NCBI RefSeq assembly: GCF_003231495.1
Contig: NZ_PQWO01000010.1
Location: 60,001-92,000 of the forward strand
Reading direction: 5' to 3'
DNA: 32,000 bases
DNA from: Acaryochloris thomasi RCC1774
GTDB lineage: Bacteria; Cyanobacteriota; Cyanobacteriia; Thermosynechococcales; Thermosynechococcaceae
Part shown: in pieces, positions 1 to 9,636 of the stretch
Layout of the letters: every line of letters starts with the position of its first letter
Numbering within the stretch: position 1 is the stretch's first letter
The notes under the pieces: generated by a model
The model's input: the letters and a program-made list of their open reading frames with translations, nothing else
The model's database searches: none
What the model was told of the DNA's origin: nothing
Position numbers and translations under genes: made by a program

Positions 1-72
1 CGAGATCTTCAGGGGCAGCTTGTGGCCCGCAACCCCATCGTAGGTCCACATATTATTGTTCTGCAGCGCCAT
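1..72 (-). CDS. unidentified protein, first 24 codons only (gene runs off the left edge)
   Basis: Minus-strand ATG at 72..70 opens a frame that stays open to position 1 (MALQNNNMWTYDGVAGHKLPLKIS). It is divergent from the MFS gene. Too short to name. Confidence 0.3.
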   Translation of the reverse strand, partial: MALQNNNMWTYDGVAGHKLPLKIS

Positions 73-78
73 CAGACG

Positions 79-121
79 TAATCGCAAAATGCTCCGGCAG
101 AATTGGAGCATTTTGCGATTA
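79..121. repeat. perfect 17-bp inverted repeat with 9-nt spacer (hairpin or operator candidate)
   Basis: TAATCGCAAAATGCTCC (79-95), ggcagaatt, GGAGCATTTTGCGATTA (105-121). The arms are exact reverse complements. It lies between divergent gene starts, and no T-run follows on either strand. Confidence 0.85.
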
Positions 122-225
122 CTCGTTACTGTGGAGAGGTTATTCACTCCCATCTGCAACGTCAGCACAGATTGAGACGAGGGCCGGGGTGAACCATCAT
201 TAATCGCCATGAGGATCCGAATCGC

Positions 226-1707
226 TTGCTGGACTCACCACAGGACCCCCCTATTCAGACCGCTGTTTCGATTCCCTCAGCATCTGTCAAAGAGGAATTT
301 ACGGGGCTACAGCTTTGGAACATGAACGTGGGCTTCCTGGGCATTCAGTTTGGCTGGGGCCTTCAGATGGCCAATATGAGCGCCATTTTTGAGCATTTGG
401 GAGCAACAGCCCATCAACTGCCCATTCTCTGGATTGCGGCTCCACTCACGGGCCTGTTCATTCAGCCCGTCATTGGTAATTTAAGTGACTTCACCTGGGG
501 ACCGCTGGGGCGACGGCGGCCCTACCTGCTGGTGGGGGGGATTCTGGCGGCCCTTGCGCTTGCCCTCATGCCCCATTGCTCAACCTTATTGATGGCGGCG
601 GCCCTGCTGTGGCTGCTGGATGCCAGCGCCAATATTAGTATGGTGCCCTATCGCGCCTTCGTCGGGGATTTGCTGCCAAAAAAGCAGCGCACTCAAGGGT
701 TTGCTGTTCAAAGCCTGATGGTGGGAGCAGGAGCAGTGGTGGCGTCTGCTTTCCCTTGGATTCTCAGTCATGGCTTTGCCATTTCGAACATTGCCAGTGT
801 CCAGCATCAGATTCCGCAGACGGTAGAACTGTCCTTTTATCTGGGCGCTGTTGTGTTTTTGAGCACGATTGTCTGGACTGTGATCACGACGCCGGAGTAT
901 CCCCCCAAAAGTCTTGAGGCTCTGGAGCAGCGCCAAGAGGAGCGGGGCGGGCTCCGCAATAGTCTGCAAGAGAGCTGGAAGGCAATTCGAAGCATGCCTG
1001 CCACTATGCGCCAACTGGCCTGGGTCCAGTTCTTTACCTGGATGGGGATTTTCTGTTTCTTTATGTATTTCCCTCCGGCTGTGGCCCGCAATATTTTTGG
1101 AGCCACGAGTCAAGCCTCTCCTCTCTATAGCGCTGGAGTTGAATGGGCAGGTCTATGCTGTGCCGTTTTTAATGCGGTCTGTGTTGGGGTCTCATTTTTA
1201 CTGCCGTTGCTGGCCAAGCGCACCAGCCGCCAGATTACCCACAGTGTTTGTCTGCTCTGCGGCGCAGCGAGCTTACTGTCAATGGTCGTGATTCGAGATC
1301 AGTACGTCTTATTAATTGCCATGATCGGTTTTGGCATCGCTTGGGCCAGTGCTTTATCGATGCCCTATGCCATGCTCACGGGGGTTATTCCCGACAAACA
1401 ACGCGGTGTTTTTCAGGGAATCTTTAATATTTTTGTGGTGTTGCCTGAGATTGCCGTGGCTTTAGGGGCTGGGTGGGTCATGCAGTACCTTCTCCACGAG
1501 AATCGATTGATGGCAGTGGTGATGGGAGGTGTCTTTTTGCTAGTCGCAGCGGGTCTGACGCTTCTGGTTAAAATCAATCCGGTGACGACTCCTGCCGAAT
1601 TATCGCTAGACGTTGAGCAGCCTGAGAAAGATAAATCTCTGGTTGCTGACAACACAGATCAGCTTCCAGTTGAAGAGAAGCTTCCAGTTGAGAAAAGTCG
1701 TAGCTAG
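226..1707 (+). CDS. MFS transporter, SLC45/GPH sucrose-H+ symporter-like
   Basis: 493-aa ORF with about 12 hydrophobic helices. GIQFGWGLQ and SDFTWGPLGRRRPY motifs are typical of the sucrose-transporter-like branch. The track start is TTG 226; the true start is uncertain. Confidence 0.85.
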   Translation: MLDSPQDPPIQTAVSIPSASVKEEFTGLQLWNMNVGFLGIQFGWGLQMANMSAIFEHLGATAHQLPILWIAAPLTGLFIQPVIGNLSDFTWGPLGRRRPYLLVGGILAALALALMPHCSTLLMAAALLWLLDASANISMVPYRAFVGDLLPKKQRTQGFAVQSLMVGAGAVVASAFPWILSHGFAISNIASVQHQIPQTVELSFYLGAVVFLSTIVWTVITTPEYPPKSLEALEQRQEERGGLRNSLQESWKAIRSMPATMRQLAWVQFFTWMGIFCFFMYFPPAVARNIFGATSQASPLYSAGVEWAGLCCAVFNAVCVGVSFLLPLLAKRTSRQITHSVCLLCGAASLLSMVVIRDQYVLLIAMIGFGIAWASALSMPYAMLTGVIPDKQRGVFQGIFNIFVVLPEIAVALGAGWVMQYLLHENRLMAVVMGGVFLLVAAGLTLLVKINPVTTPAELSLDVEQPEKDKSLVADNTDQLPVEEKLPVEKSRS

Positions 1708-1718
1708 GGTATTGGGCG

Positions 1719-4700
1719 ATGGTCAGTCAGGGTGTGGATAATCCCATTGGTTTACCGGCATTTGGGCGGCTGACCCAGTTATTGCTGCTGGCCGTCACCG
1801 TTTTGGTCTACTGCGTTTTGGGCATTGTCATTGCCAACTCTTTGTTTGTCAGTTACGTCGGGGCGAGTCATCTGCCGATTGCGTTTATCTGCATTGGCCT
1901 ATGTTCGATGCCGGCCTACGTCTTATTCTCGCAGGTTGCTGATCGCTACAGCCGTCTAAAGCTCTTCCGTTACGTGCTGCTGCTGTCGATGGTTTTGGCT
2001 GTGGGGCTGCGCTTCTTACTCAGCCAAGATGCCAAGGTGGAGTACTATGTGCTGCTGGTGTTTTCGTTTTTTCAGTGGGATTTTCACAATAATGTCCTTT
2101 ACCCCAGCCTGCTAACAGACTTTTTTACGACGCTGGAATATAAGCGCTACGCGCCCTATGTGGGGATGGCGCAGGCAGTCGGTTCGCTACTAGCGGGCGG
2201 GTTGGCGACGGTTTTAGCGCAGTATTTTCGGACGCGGGATTTGCTGCTGTGTTTGCCGATGCTGTTTGCTGTTGCATTTGCCCAACTTCTCTATCTCGAG
2301 TATTCCCAGCGCCCCGTCAACGTCCAGAAGTCTGAAGCGGAAGCAGGGATTATTGAGTCTTTAAAGGCGTTTCCAGATGTCGTCAAACGCTATCCCTTAG
2401 CGCTGTACTTGGCAGGCAGCAGCTTTTTACTGGTGATTATCTACCTCAGCTCTGAGTTCCTGTGGTTCAGCATTTACGGTCAGAACTTTACCGACCAGGA
2501 ACTGACCGGCTTTTTAGGACTGATGCGAATTTTGATTAGCTTTGTCCAGGTGGCCGTCATCTATGGCTTTACCCGTCCTCTGCTGCAGAGCGTCGGGGTG
2601 GCCCGCATGAACATTGTCTATCCGCTGACAACGCTGGGTAGTTTTCTAGGATTGGCCTTCAACATCAATGTGCCCGGTGCAGTGGGCCTACACTTAAACG
2701 GCGATGCCCTCTATAAAGCCATTAACATCCCCGTACATCAACTCAACTACAACGCTATTCCCAAGGAGTTTATTGGTCGGATCCGGACCCTGAGTGACGG
2801 CGTCATTTACTCAATCGGTCTGACGCTGGCGGGGGGAATGCTCTGGCTCGCCGATAATACCCTGTCTCTTAACCAAATTATTTATTTGGTGATGAGTCTA
2901 ACCGTTCTGCTGCTGCTGGTCCGCCTGCCAATGGGGCGATTCTATGCCGAAGGGCTAGAGAAAATGATTCGCTCTAGCGCGATTAATCTCGATGACTTCA
3001 ACGAGGCTCAAGTTCAGCTTCCGCCCCAGTCAAGCGCTGCGATTCGAGAGCTGCTGCTGCAGGAGGATCGCTATACCCAGATCAAAGGTTTGGAGCTAGC
3101 GGCCAGTATTGGTCAACCGAGCCAGTTTTTGCCCGAAGTTCAGGCGCTACTCACGGCGTCAAACCCAAGTACTGAGTCAGACTTAAGACTCCGTAATGCT
3201 GCCGTTCAGCTTTTTCGGCATGACCCCGGCATTATTCCCTACTGTGAAGATTTTTTGCGGGGTGATCGGCTCAATTTACAGGTCTTTGCGCTGGAGGTGC
3301 TGCTGCTCCATCAATATCCTTTTGCCCCATCCTCACTGCAGCAGTGGCTCAATAGACCCGAATCAGAGTTGAAGGCATCTGCGGCGCTGGCGGCGATTCA
3401 AACCCATCACGTCAAAGACCCGCAGATCGCGGCTGTCGTCAACCAGCTCTGGCAAACAGATCTGCCGGAATCGACGGCGAAAATGGTCACCCGAGTGGTC
3501 GCTCAAAGCGGAAATCGAGCCTTTGCGCCTGTGATTACAAGTATTTTGCCAAAGGCCAATCTTGAGATCACCTGTGAGGGACTGCAAGCGCTCACTTCAC
3601 TGGCGCAACCGGGCGACAGCGATCTGGCAGATGTAGCCCAAAAGAAATTAGAAGATCCTGATGCAGCCGTCCGTTACGCGGCTGTTGACCTGCTGGCTCA
3701 GACCCGATGCGCGGATCGGATCCAAAATGTTGCGTCAGGACTGGGAGATCTTGATCCGCGAGTACGCCAGCGATCGGCAGTAGCACTGGCGGCCTATGGT
3801 CGGCCCGGACTAGAGCTAGCGAAGGAACGACTATCTTCATCCAATAATGATGTTGTCAATGCTGCGATCGCAACCATCGGTCAAATCCGCACCAAGCAGG
3901 CTAGCAACCTGCTGTTCGAGTATCTGACCCCGGACTTCAAGCAGCTCACCCGCACCTATCGCTGGCAGCAGCAGATTCCTCAAAACGACCCCGGCTGGGC
4001 ACCTTTAGGAGTTGCGATCGCAGACTACCACCAGCGATTGATTCAAAAAATCCTCTACATCCTGGCCTGTTTAGGTCACTCCCGCACCGTCAACTCCGTC
4101 AATCGCCTGCTCGCCACGACCGAACCCGGAGATCTGGCCAACGCCATCGAAGTACTGGCCTCCCTCAGGCACCGCCGGTTTGTGTTGCCCCTGATGCCGC
4201 TACTGGAGCAAATCGTCAATCCGATGGAAACAGGCAGCCAAATTGAGGTGACGCCCCAATGGTTGCGAACTAAAGGGTATAAGCTACTCCTAGAGGCATT
4301 GGAGACCCGAGATCGCTGGATTAAAACCGGAGCCTTGATTGCCCTATCAATGGTGCCCTCTGCCCTTATCAATGATCCCGACCCGTTTGTTCAGTCCGTT
4401 GCTCAGCAGATTTTCACTCCTAATGTTCAGGCTGCATCCCCCACCAAAACCTCTATGAACCGCCTACTCCTGCTAAAAAACGTTGCTATCTTCAAGAATC
4501 TGTCTCTTGATGAGCTGCTGCTGATTGATGAGGCACTAGAGCAAGAGCAGGTACTCGCAGGCACCACAATTTTTGCTGAAGGGGACTGGGGCTCTCATCT
4601 CTATATCTTGGCTGAGGGTGCTGTGAAAATTGTGAAAACGATTGATGACAGCCTGGAACAGATTGATCTAATTACTAGCGGCCAATACTTCGGCGAAATT

Positions 4701-4940
4701 GCCCTGTTTGATAATGCACCGCGCTGGAACGGTGCGATCGCAACTGAATCCTCTACACTTCTCAAGCTAGAAAAAACTCGCTTTCTCAGCCTTACAACCC
4801 AGAGACCGCATATTATTCTAGAAATCTGCCGCTTTCTCAGCCAACGGCTCCGAGAGACCGATTCCTATCGCTCTGCGAGAAAATCATCGCGTTTGCCTGA
4901 GCCGTCAGTTCCGGCTCAAGACGCGGCAATGCCTTCCTAA
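1719..4940 (+). CDS. multidomain membrane protein: N-terminal 12-TM transporter-like domain (MFS/nucleotide-transporter-like), central HEAT (PBS-lyase type) repeats, C-terminal cyclic-nucleotide-binding domain
   Basis: 1073-aa ORF with ATG start 11 nt after the MFS stop. Residues 1-400 are hydrophobic helices. HEAT-like repeats include DPDAAVRYAAVDLLAQ and DLDPRVRQRSAVALAAYG. The C-terminus has FKNLSLDELLLI..GDWGSHLYILAEGAVKIV..GQYFGEIALFDNAPR, a CAP-family cNMP-binding signature. Confidence 0.85.
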   Translation: MVSQGVDNPIGLPAFGRLTQLLLLAVTVLVYCVLGIVIANSLFVSYVGASHLPIAFICIGLCSMPAYVLFSQVADRYSRLKLFRYVLLLSMVLAVGLRFLLSQDAKVEYYVLLVFSFFQWDFHNNVLYPSLLTDFFTTLEYKRYAPYVGMAQAVGSLLAGGLATVLAQYFRTRDLLLCLPMLFAVAFAQLLYLEYSQRPVNVQKSEAEAGIIESLKAFPDVVKRYPLALYLAGSSFLLVIIYLSSEFLWFSIYGQNFTDQELTGFLGLMRILISFVQVAVIYGFTRPLLQSVGVARMNIVYPLTTLGSFLGLAFNINVPGAVGLHLNGDALYKAINIPVHQLNYNAIPKEFIGRIRTLSDGVIYSIGLTLAGGMLWLADNTLSLNQIIYLVMSLTVLLLLVRLPMGRFYAEGLEKMIRSSAINLDDFNEAQVQLPPQSSAAIRELLLQEDRYTQIKGLELAASIGQPSQFLPEVQALLTASNPSTESDLRLRNAAVQLFRHDPGIIPYCEDFLRGDRLNLQVFALEVLLLHQYPFAPSSLQQWLNRPESELKASAALAAIQTHHVKDPQIAAVVNQLWQTDLPESTAKMVTRVVAQSGNRAFAPVITSILPKANLEITCEGLQALTSLAQPGDSDLADVAQKKLEDPDAAVRYAAVDLLAQTRCADRIQNVASGLGDLDPRVRQRSAVALAAYGRPGLELAKERLSSSNNDVVNAAIATIGQIRTKQASNLLFEYLTPDFKQLTRTYRWQQQIPQNDPGWAPLGVAIADYHQRLIQKILYILACLGHSRTVNSVNRLLATTEPGDLANAIEVLASLRHRRFVLPLMPLLEQIVNPMETGSQIEVTPQWLRTKGYKLLLEALETRDRWIKTGALIALSMVPSALINDPDPFVQSVAQQIFTPNVQAASPTKTSMNRLLLLKNVAIFKNLSLDELLLIDEALEQEQVLAGTTIFAEGDWGSHLYILAEGAVKIVKTIDDSLEQIDLITSGQYFGEIALFDNAPRWNGAIATESSTLLKLEKTRFLSLTTQRPHIILEICRFLSQRLRETDSYRSARKSSRLPEPSVPAQDAAMPS

Positions 4941-5246
4941 CTAGCCTAAAAAGCCGCCTCATAATATATTGCTTGCAAGGGTTTGGGCCGAATGATTATT
5001 TCGGGGCATTGGCATCATCCTCAGGCCGATGCTTCATGACTAGATTCAAGCGATAAACCACGCATGGAAATCAAAATACTTTAATTTCAGCCCCATAGCC
5101 GAAAACAGGAACAAATGGGCACCCTGAGAGCATATATAAGAATATAAATTCGCCTGTTAACGTCGAAGTCTGTTGGGAGAAACGAATTTACCAGAGAGTA
5201 CGCTTCTCTGAAGAACTTATCGCCCTTCATTGTTCCAGGAAATACC

Positions 5247-6470
5247 TTGAAACTATTCAATCCGGCTTCTCTCTTTACCCACCTTCCCTACAGAGGGAAA
5301 GAGCTAGACGAGGCTACGGACTCTGAGAATACTGACATTCGGATCACTCGCTCTCTGACAACGGCATATACGGTCGCTTTGTCGCTGATCGCTCTACTGT
5401 CTATTGGCGCTCATCTGCTTTTGGATAACGTGATCAAAGAGAACGTATCCTCAGCGAAGGTCATCAATGTGGCAGGGCGACAGCGGATGCTTTCGCAACG
5501 CATCAGTATTTATGCGACGGCCTTAGAACAAGGGAACATAGACTTAAAGCCTGAGTTCCTGAAGCTGACGACGTTGATGGAGCAATCACACAAAGCACTA
5601 GTCTACGGTAATGGCAAACTTGATCTAACCCATAAACTCACGCCAGAACTGAGACAGCTCTACTTCAGTGAACCAGATGCTCTTGACCGTCGCACTCGTA
5701 CATTTATTAAAAACACAAAAATTCTGGCTAACAGCACTGACAGCAACCAACGTCAGGAAGCCTATAAAAAAATCCAGGCTGCATCCCTCAAGCATCTGTT
5801 ACCAATGTTGGATGAGGCCGTTTTTCTCTTCGAGTCTGACACCACTGAGCGAACCATGCGGCTCAGAAATGTACAGCAGGCCATGCTAGTCATTTTGCTG
5901 ATGGCTCTATCTCTGGAAGCCGCATTTATTTTTCGTCCCATGGTTCATAGGGTCAAAGAAGCTACTTTCAAGCTGTACAACTTGGCGATGCACGATGCAC
6001 TGACTGAGCTGTACAACCGGCGGCATTTCATGGAGACGGGGCGACGAGAGCTGCTGCTCGCACAGCGTCGCCAGCAACCCGCAACCCTCTTAATGATAGA
6101 TATCGATCACTTTAAACGGATTAACGATACCTATGGTCATGCAACAGGAGATGCTGTTTTAAAAAAATTCGCCATTGTTTTACTACAGGCTCTTCGCCAA
6201 ACCGATATCATCGGTCGCATTGGAGGCGAGGAGTTTGCGATCATTTTGCCTGATTGCGACGCCCCATCATCACAGAGCGTCGCTGAACGAATTCGCGCAA
6301 CAATGGCAGAAACACGCCTCAGGAATCCGTCAGATTTGAGCTGGACCGTCTCTATCGGAATCGCAATTCTCGACGAAGGGACCGACAATCTAGACTCTCT
6401 CATGCAGAAAGCTGACGCAGCGCTATACAGGGCCAAAGAGAGTGGCCGAAATCAGGTTGTTATCAGTTGA
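5247..6470 (+). CDS. diguanylate cyclase (GGDEF) with periplasmic PilJ/NarX-type sensor domain
   Basis: 407 aa. TM1 is TTAYTVALSLIALLSIGAHLLL. The extracytoplasmic segment contains VAGRQRMLSQRISIYA. TM2 is followed by a GGDEF domain with the active-site motif RIGGEEF and an RQTD (RxxD) I-site 5 residues upstream. There is no ATG before TM1, so a TTG start at 5247 is implied. Confidence 0.9.
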   Translation: MKLFNPASLFTHLPYRGKELDEATDSENTDIRITRSLTTAYTVALSLIALLSIGAHLLLDNVIKENVSSAKVINVAGRQRMLSQRISIYATALEQGNIDLKPEFLKLTTLMEQSHKALVYGNGKLDLTHKLTPELRQLYFSEPDALDRRTRTFIKNTKILANSTDSNQRQEAYKKIQAASLKHLLPMLDEAVFLFESDTTERTMRLRNVQQAMLVILLMALSLEAAFIFRPMVHRVKEATFKLYNLAMHDALTELYNRRHFMETGRRELLLAQRRQQPATLLMIDIDHFKRINDTYGHATGDAVLKKFAIVLLQALRQTDIIGRIGGEEFAIILPDCDAPSSQSVAERIRATMAETRLRNPSDLSWTVSIGIAILDEGTDNLDSLMQKADAALYRAKESGRNQVVIS

Positions 6471-6614
6471 TTATTCAGCAGAAGTACCGCAGCCCAAAAC
6501 CTGCACAGCCTGGAGCCTGGAGAAGTTCGGGGACATTATCAAACGCACAAACACCCTACCTTATCGCTTCTGTGTGATACAGTGTGTGGGCTTATGTGTG
6601 AACGGGATTTAGCT

Positions 6615-6806
6615 ATGGCTACGAACCTCTCTATTGATGCTGATTTGCTGGAAGAGGCCCTACGAGTTGGTGGGTTTTCCACGAAAAAAGAGACGGTAAA
6701 TCATGCGCTCACTGAGTTTGTGCAACGCCGAAAGCAGCGAGAAATCATCTCTCTGTTTGGTAAGTTCCCTCAAGACGCTGATTACGACTACAAAAAAGGA
6801 CGGTAA
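6615..6806 (+). CDS. vapB: type II antitoxin, VapB family (DUF2191/Arc-MetJ-like)
   Basis: MATNLSIDADLLEEALRVGGFSTKKETVNHALTEFV is typical of VapB-type antitoxins. ATG 6615 is preferred over the upstream GTG 6582. The stop overlaps the vapC start (TAATG). Confidence 0.8.
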   Translation: MATNLSIDADLLEEALRVGGFSTKKETVNHALTEFVQRRKQREIISLFGKFPQDADYDYKKGR

Positions 6807-7213
6807 TGAGCGGCATCCTTGTAGACACCTGTGTTTGGTCCGTTTCCCTGCGAGGCAATTCGGAGGCTGAGACCTTTGCGGCGCAACAACTAGCTCGACT
6901 CGTTGATGATAATCAAGTAAAAATCATTGGTGCCATCAGACAAGAACTATTGTCCGGCTACACGGATAAAAGCAGGTATGAAGCACTCCGCCAGAAACTG
7001 AAGCATTTTCCGAACGAACCAGTGATAGATTCTGATTACGAAGCTGCTGCAGAGTATTCGAATTTCTGCCGCTCAAAAGGAATCCAAGGCTCACACACAG
7101 ATTTCCTAATTTGCGCTGTTGCAATACGAGCTGAATTCAAAATTTATACTACAGATAAAGACTATGATCACTACGCCAAGCATTTACCAATTATGCTCTT
7201 CGAGAAAACTTAA
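6806..7213 (+). CDS. vapC: type II toxin, PIN-domain ribonuclease VapC
   Basis: 135 aa. PIN acidic residues sit in ILVDTCVW, IRQELLSG, HTDFLICAVA and YTTDKDY. There is a 1-nt overlap with vapB. Confidence 0.85.
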   Translation: MSGILVDTCVWSVSLRGNSEAETFAAQQLARLVDDNQVKIIGAIRQELLSGYTDKSRYEALRQKLKHFPNEPVIDSDYEAAAEYSNFCRSKGIQGSHTDFLICAVAIRAEFKIYTTDKDYDHYAKHLPIMLFEKT

Positions 7214-7512
7214 CGAGGCCCTCAGGGACGCGAACGGAAATTTTGGTTGTTGAAAGATACTCCCCAAGCTTAAGCACTATGCAACTCTTCTGTGAAGCTG
7301 AACAGGCATCTGATGATCTTCTGCGACAAAATGCAGGCGAAGCGGAGTAATGTTGATAGAGTATTTGCAGAGATGTGTGAAGAGGTTGCAGAGCACTCCT
7401 CTCAATACTTAGAAGCTGCTTTGAGCTTGATCGATCTGATGAAAACTCAAAAGCTTAAAGCAAAGACAATGGCAACTCTGAGTAAATATGCTTAGAGGTT
7501 TTTATACATTCT

Positions 7513-9222
7513 CTAAAACAAAAAGTATCGCTGAGCCATCGGTAATACCGTCGCCGGTTCGCAAGTCAACAACTCCCCGTCGGCCCTGACTTCATAGGTC
7601 TCAGAATCAACCTCAATATCAGGCAAGGCGTCATTCAGCTTCATGTCTTGCTTGCTGAGCTGACGGGTGTCAGAGACTGCTGCTACCTGAGTCTGTAGGC
7701 CAATCTGTTCTGGGATTCCCTGCCCCATTGCTGCTTGGGAGATGAAGGTGAGAGAAGTAGATGCGATCGCACCTCCAAATCCGCCAAACATCGGTCGCAT
7801 GTGCACCGGCTGCGGAGTCGGAATACTGGCGTTAGCATCTCCCATCTGCGCCCAGGCAATAAAGCCACCCTTAATAACCATCTCTGGCTTGACGCCAAAC
7901 ATCGCAGGTTTCCACAGGCAAAGGTCTGCAAGCTTGCCAACTTCGACAGAACCTACATGGTCGGCAATGCCGTGAGCGATCGCAGGGTTAATCGTATACT
8001 TCGCCACGTAGCGCTTGGCACGAGTATTATCATTGCGGTCTGAATCCTCCGGCAATGGCCCCCGCTGAACCTTCATTTTGTGCGCCGTTTGCCAGGTACG
8101 AATAATCACTTCACCCACTCGGCCCATCGCCTGTGAGTCAGAGGCAATCATACTGAAGGCACCGAGATCATGGAGAATATCTTCAGCCGCAATCGTTTCT
8201 CTACGAATACGGGATTCTGCAAAAGCCACATCTTCAGGAATCCCAGCATCTAAGTGGTGACACACCATCAGCATATCGAGATGTTCATCCAGCGTGTTCA
8301 CCGTATAGGGGCGCGTCGGATTGGTCGAAGAAGGCAAAACATTGGCTTCACCACAAACCTTGATAATGTCTGGTGCATGACCGCCCCCAGCACCTTCGGT
8401 GTGATAGGTATGGATGACTCGATTTTTGAACGCCGCGATCGTATTCTCCACAAAACCCGCTTCGTTAAGCGTGTCAGTGTGAATGGCGACCTGCACGTCA
8501 TATTGATCAGCAACCCCCAGGCAGGTATCAATCGTCGCGGGTGTTGTACCCCAGTCTTCGTGGAGCTTGAGACCCATTGCCCCTGCTTTGACCTGCTCTT
8601 CTAGGGCTGCGGGCTGACTGGTGTTGCCCTTACCGAGAAATCCTAGATTCATGGGGAATGCGTCGGCAGAGCGCAGCATTTGATGGATATTCCAGGGGCC
8701 AGGGGTGCAGGTGGTGGCGTTAGTGCCTGCTGCCGGTCCCGTACCGCCCCCCAACATGGTGGTGACGCCAGATGCGATCGCAACTTCAATCTGCTGCGGA
8801 CAAATAAAGTGAATATGCGAATCAATCCCGCCCGCCGTCAGAATCATGCCTTCCCCAGCAATAGCCTCTGTGCCAGGACCAATGACGATATCAACATTAT
8901 CTTGAATATTGGGGTTCCCAGCCTTTCCGATGGCGGCGATTCTGCCATCTTTGATGCCAATATCGGCTTTGACAATGCCCCACCAGTCGAGAATTAAGGC
9001 ATTGGTGATCACCGCATCGACGGCCCCGTCAGCATTGGTGGTCGGGGACTGACCCATGCCGTCGCGAATGACCTTGCCTCCACCAAACTTAACCTCATCA
9101 CCGTAAGTGGTGTGATCCTGCTCAACTTCAATGATCAGTTCGGTATCGGCAAGACGGATGCGATCACCTACAGTCGGTCCATAGGTCTCGGCATAGGCGC
9201 GGCGGTCCATGCGATAGCTCAT
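7513..9222 (-). CDS. ureC: urease subunit alpha
   Basis: 569 aa. Canonical motifs are present: [50 protein letters not shown] and MVCHHLD. Confidence 0.97.
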   Translation of the reverse strand: MSYRMDRRAYAETYGPTVGDRIRLADTELIIEVEQDHTTYGDEVKFGGGKVIRDGMGQSPTTNADGAVDAVITNALILDWWGIVKADIGIKDGRIAAIGKAGNPNIQDNVDIVIGPGTEAIAGEGMILTAGGIDSHIHFICPQQIEVAIASGVTTMLGGGTGPAAGTNATTCTPGPWNIHQMLRSADAFPMNLGFLGKGNTSQPAALEEQVKAGAMGLKLHEDWGTTPATIDTCLGVADQYDVQVAIHTDTLNEAGFVENTIAAFKNRVIHTYHTEGAGGGHAPDIIKVCGEANVLPSSTNPTRPYTVNTLDEHLDMLMVCHHLDAGIPEDVAFAESRIRRETIAAEDILHDLGAFSMIASDSQAMGRVGEVIIRTWQTAHKMKVQRGPLPEDSDRNDNTRAKRYVAKYTINPAIAHGIADHVGSVEVGKLADLCLWKPAMFGVKPEMVIKGGFIAWAQMGDANASIPTPQPVHMRPMFGGFGGAIASTSLTFISQAAMGQGIPEQIGLQTQVAAVSDTRQLSKQDMKLNDALPDIEVDSETYEVRADGELLTCEPATVLPMAQRYFLF

Positions 9223-9251
9223 GCAGTTTCCCCTATCAAACGTTTGATCAC

Positions 9252-9563
9252 TTACGAATCCACTGGACCTTCAACTAAAGCATTAAAACCATAGACTTCA
9301 CGACGCCCCGCCAGCGCTACGAGCTGAACCTGACGCTGATCACCCGGCTCAAAACGCACAGCCGTGCCCGCCGGAATATCAAGCCGCATCCCTCGGGCCT
9401 GATCGCGCTCAAAGTCTAGGGCCGTGTTGACCTCAAAAAAATGGAAGTGGGAGCCAATCTGAACCGGCCGATCCCCTGTATTCGCCACCGCTAAGGTGAC
9501 CGTGGGGCGACCTGCATTCAGTTCGATATCGCCAGACTGCGGCAAAATTTCTCCGGGAATCAT
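9252..9563 (-). CDS. ureB: urease subunit beta
   Basis: 103 aa, [30 protein letters not shown], canonical UreB. Confidence 0.95.
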   Translation of the reverse strand: MIPGEILPQSGDIELNAGRPTVTLAVANTGDRPVQIGSHFHFFEVNTALDFERDQARGMRLDIPAGTAVRFEPGDQRQVQLVALAGRREVYGFNALVEGPVDS

Positions 9564-9636
9564 TCTTTCTTACCCATGAACTTAAGTGCAACTGTAGGCT
9601 ACTTTCTCTCTGACTTCTAGCCTCGACAGCATAGAT

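Noticed and set aside
586-1113. Long ORFs antisense to or out of frame with recognisable genes (e.g. 586..1113-, 914..1291+, 7735..8043+, 8254..8604+, 9973..10467+, 21957..22343-, 25263..25818 both strands).
   Set aside because: Each lies wholly inside a gene with strong family motifs on the other strand or frame, and their products are low-complexity R/P/G/S-rich. Shadow ORFs of this kind are typical of moderately GC-rich coding DNA.
7292-7495. 67-aa ORF between vapC and the 3' end of ureC.
   Set aside because: It has a GTG start and no recognisable motif, and lies in AT-rich spacer sequence. It could be real, but nothing in the sequence supports it beyond being open.
4742-7762. A HIP1-free 3-kb stretch covering the GGDEF and vapBC genes, considered as evidence of horizontal acquisition.
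   Set aside because: With about one site per 1.6 kb, gaps of 3-4 kb are expected by chance. Similar gaps occur at 1-3863 and 11300-14804 over ordinary genes.
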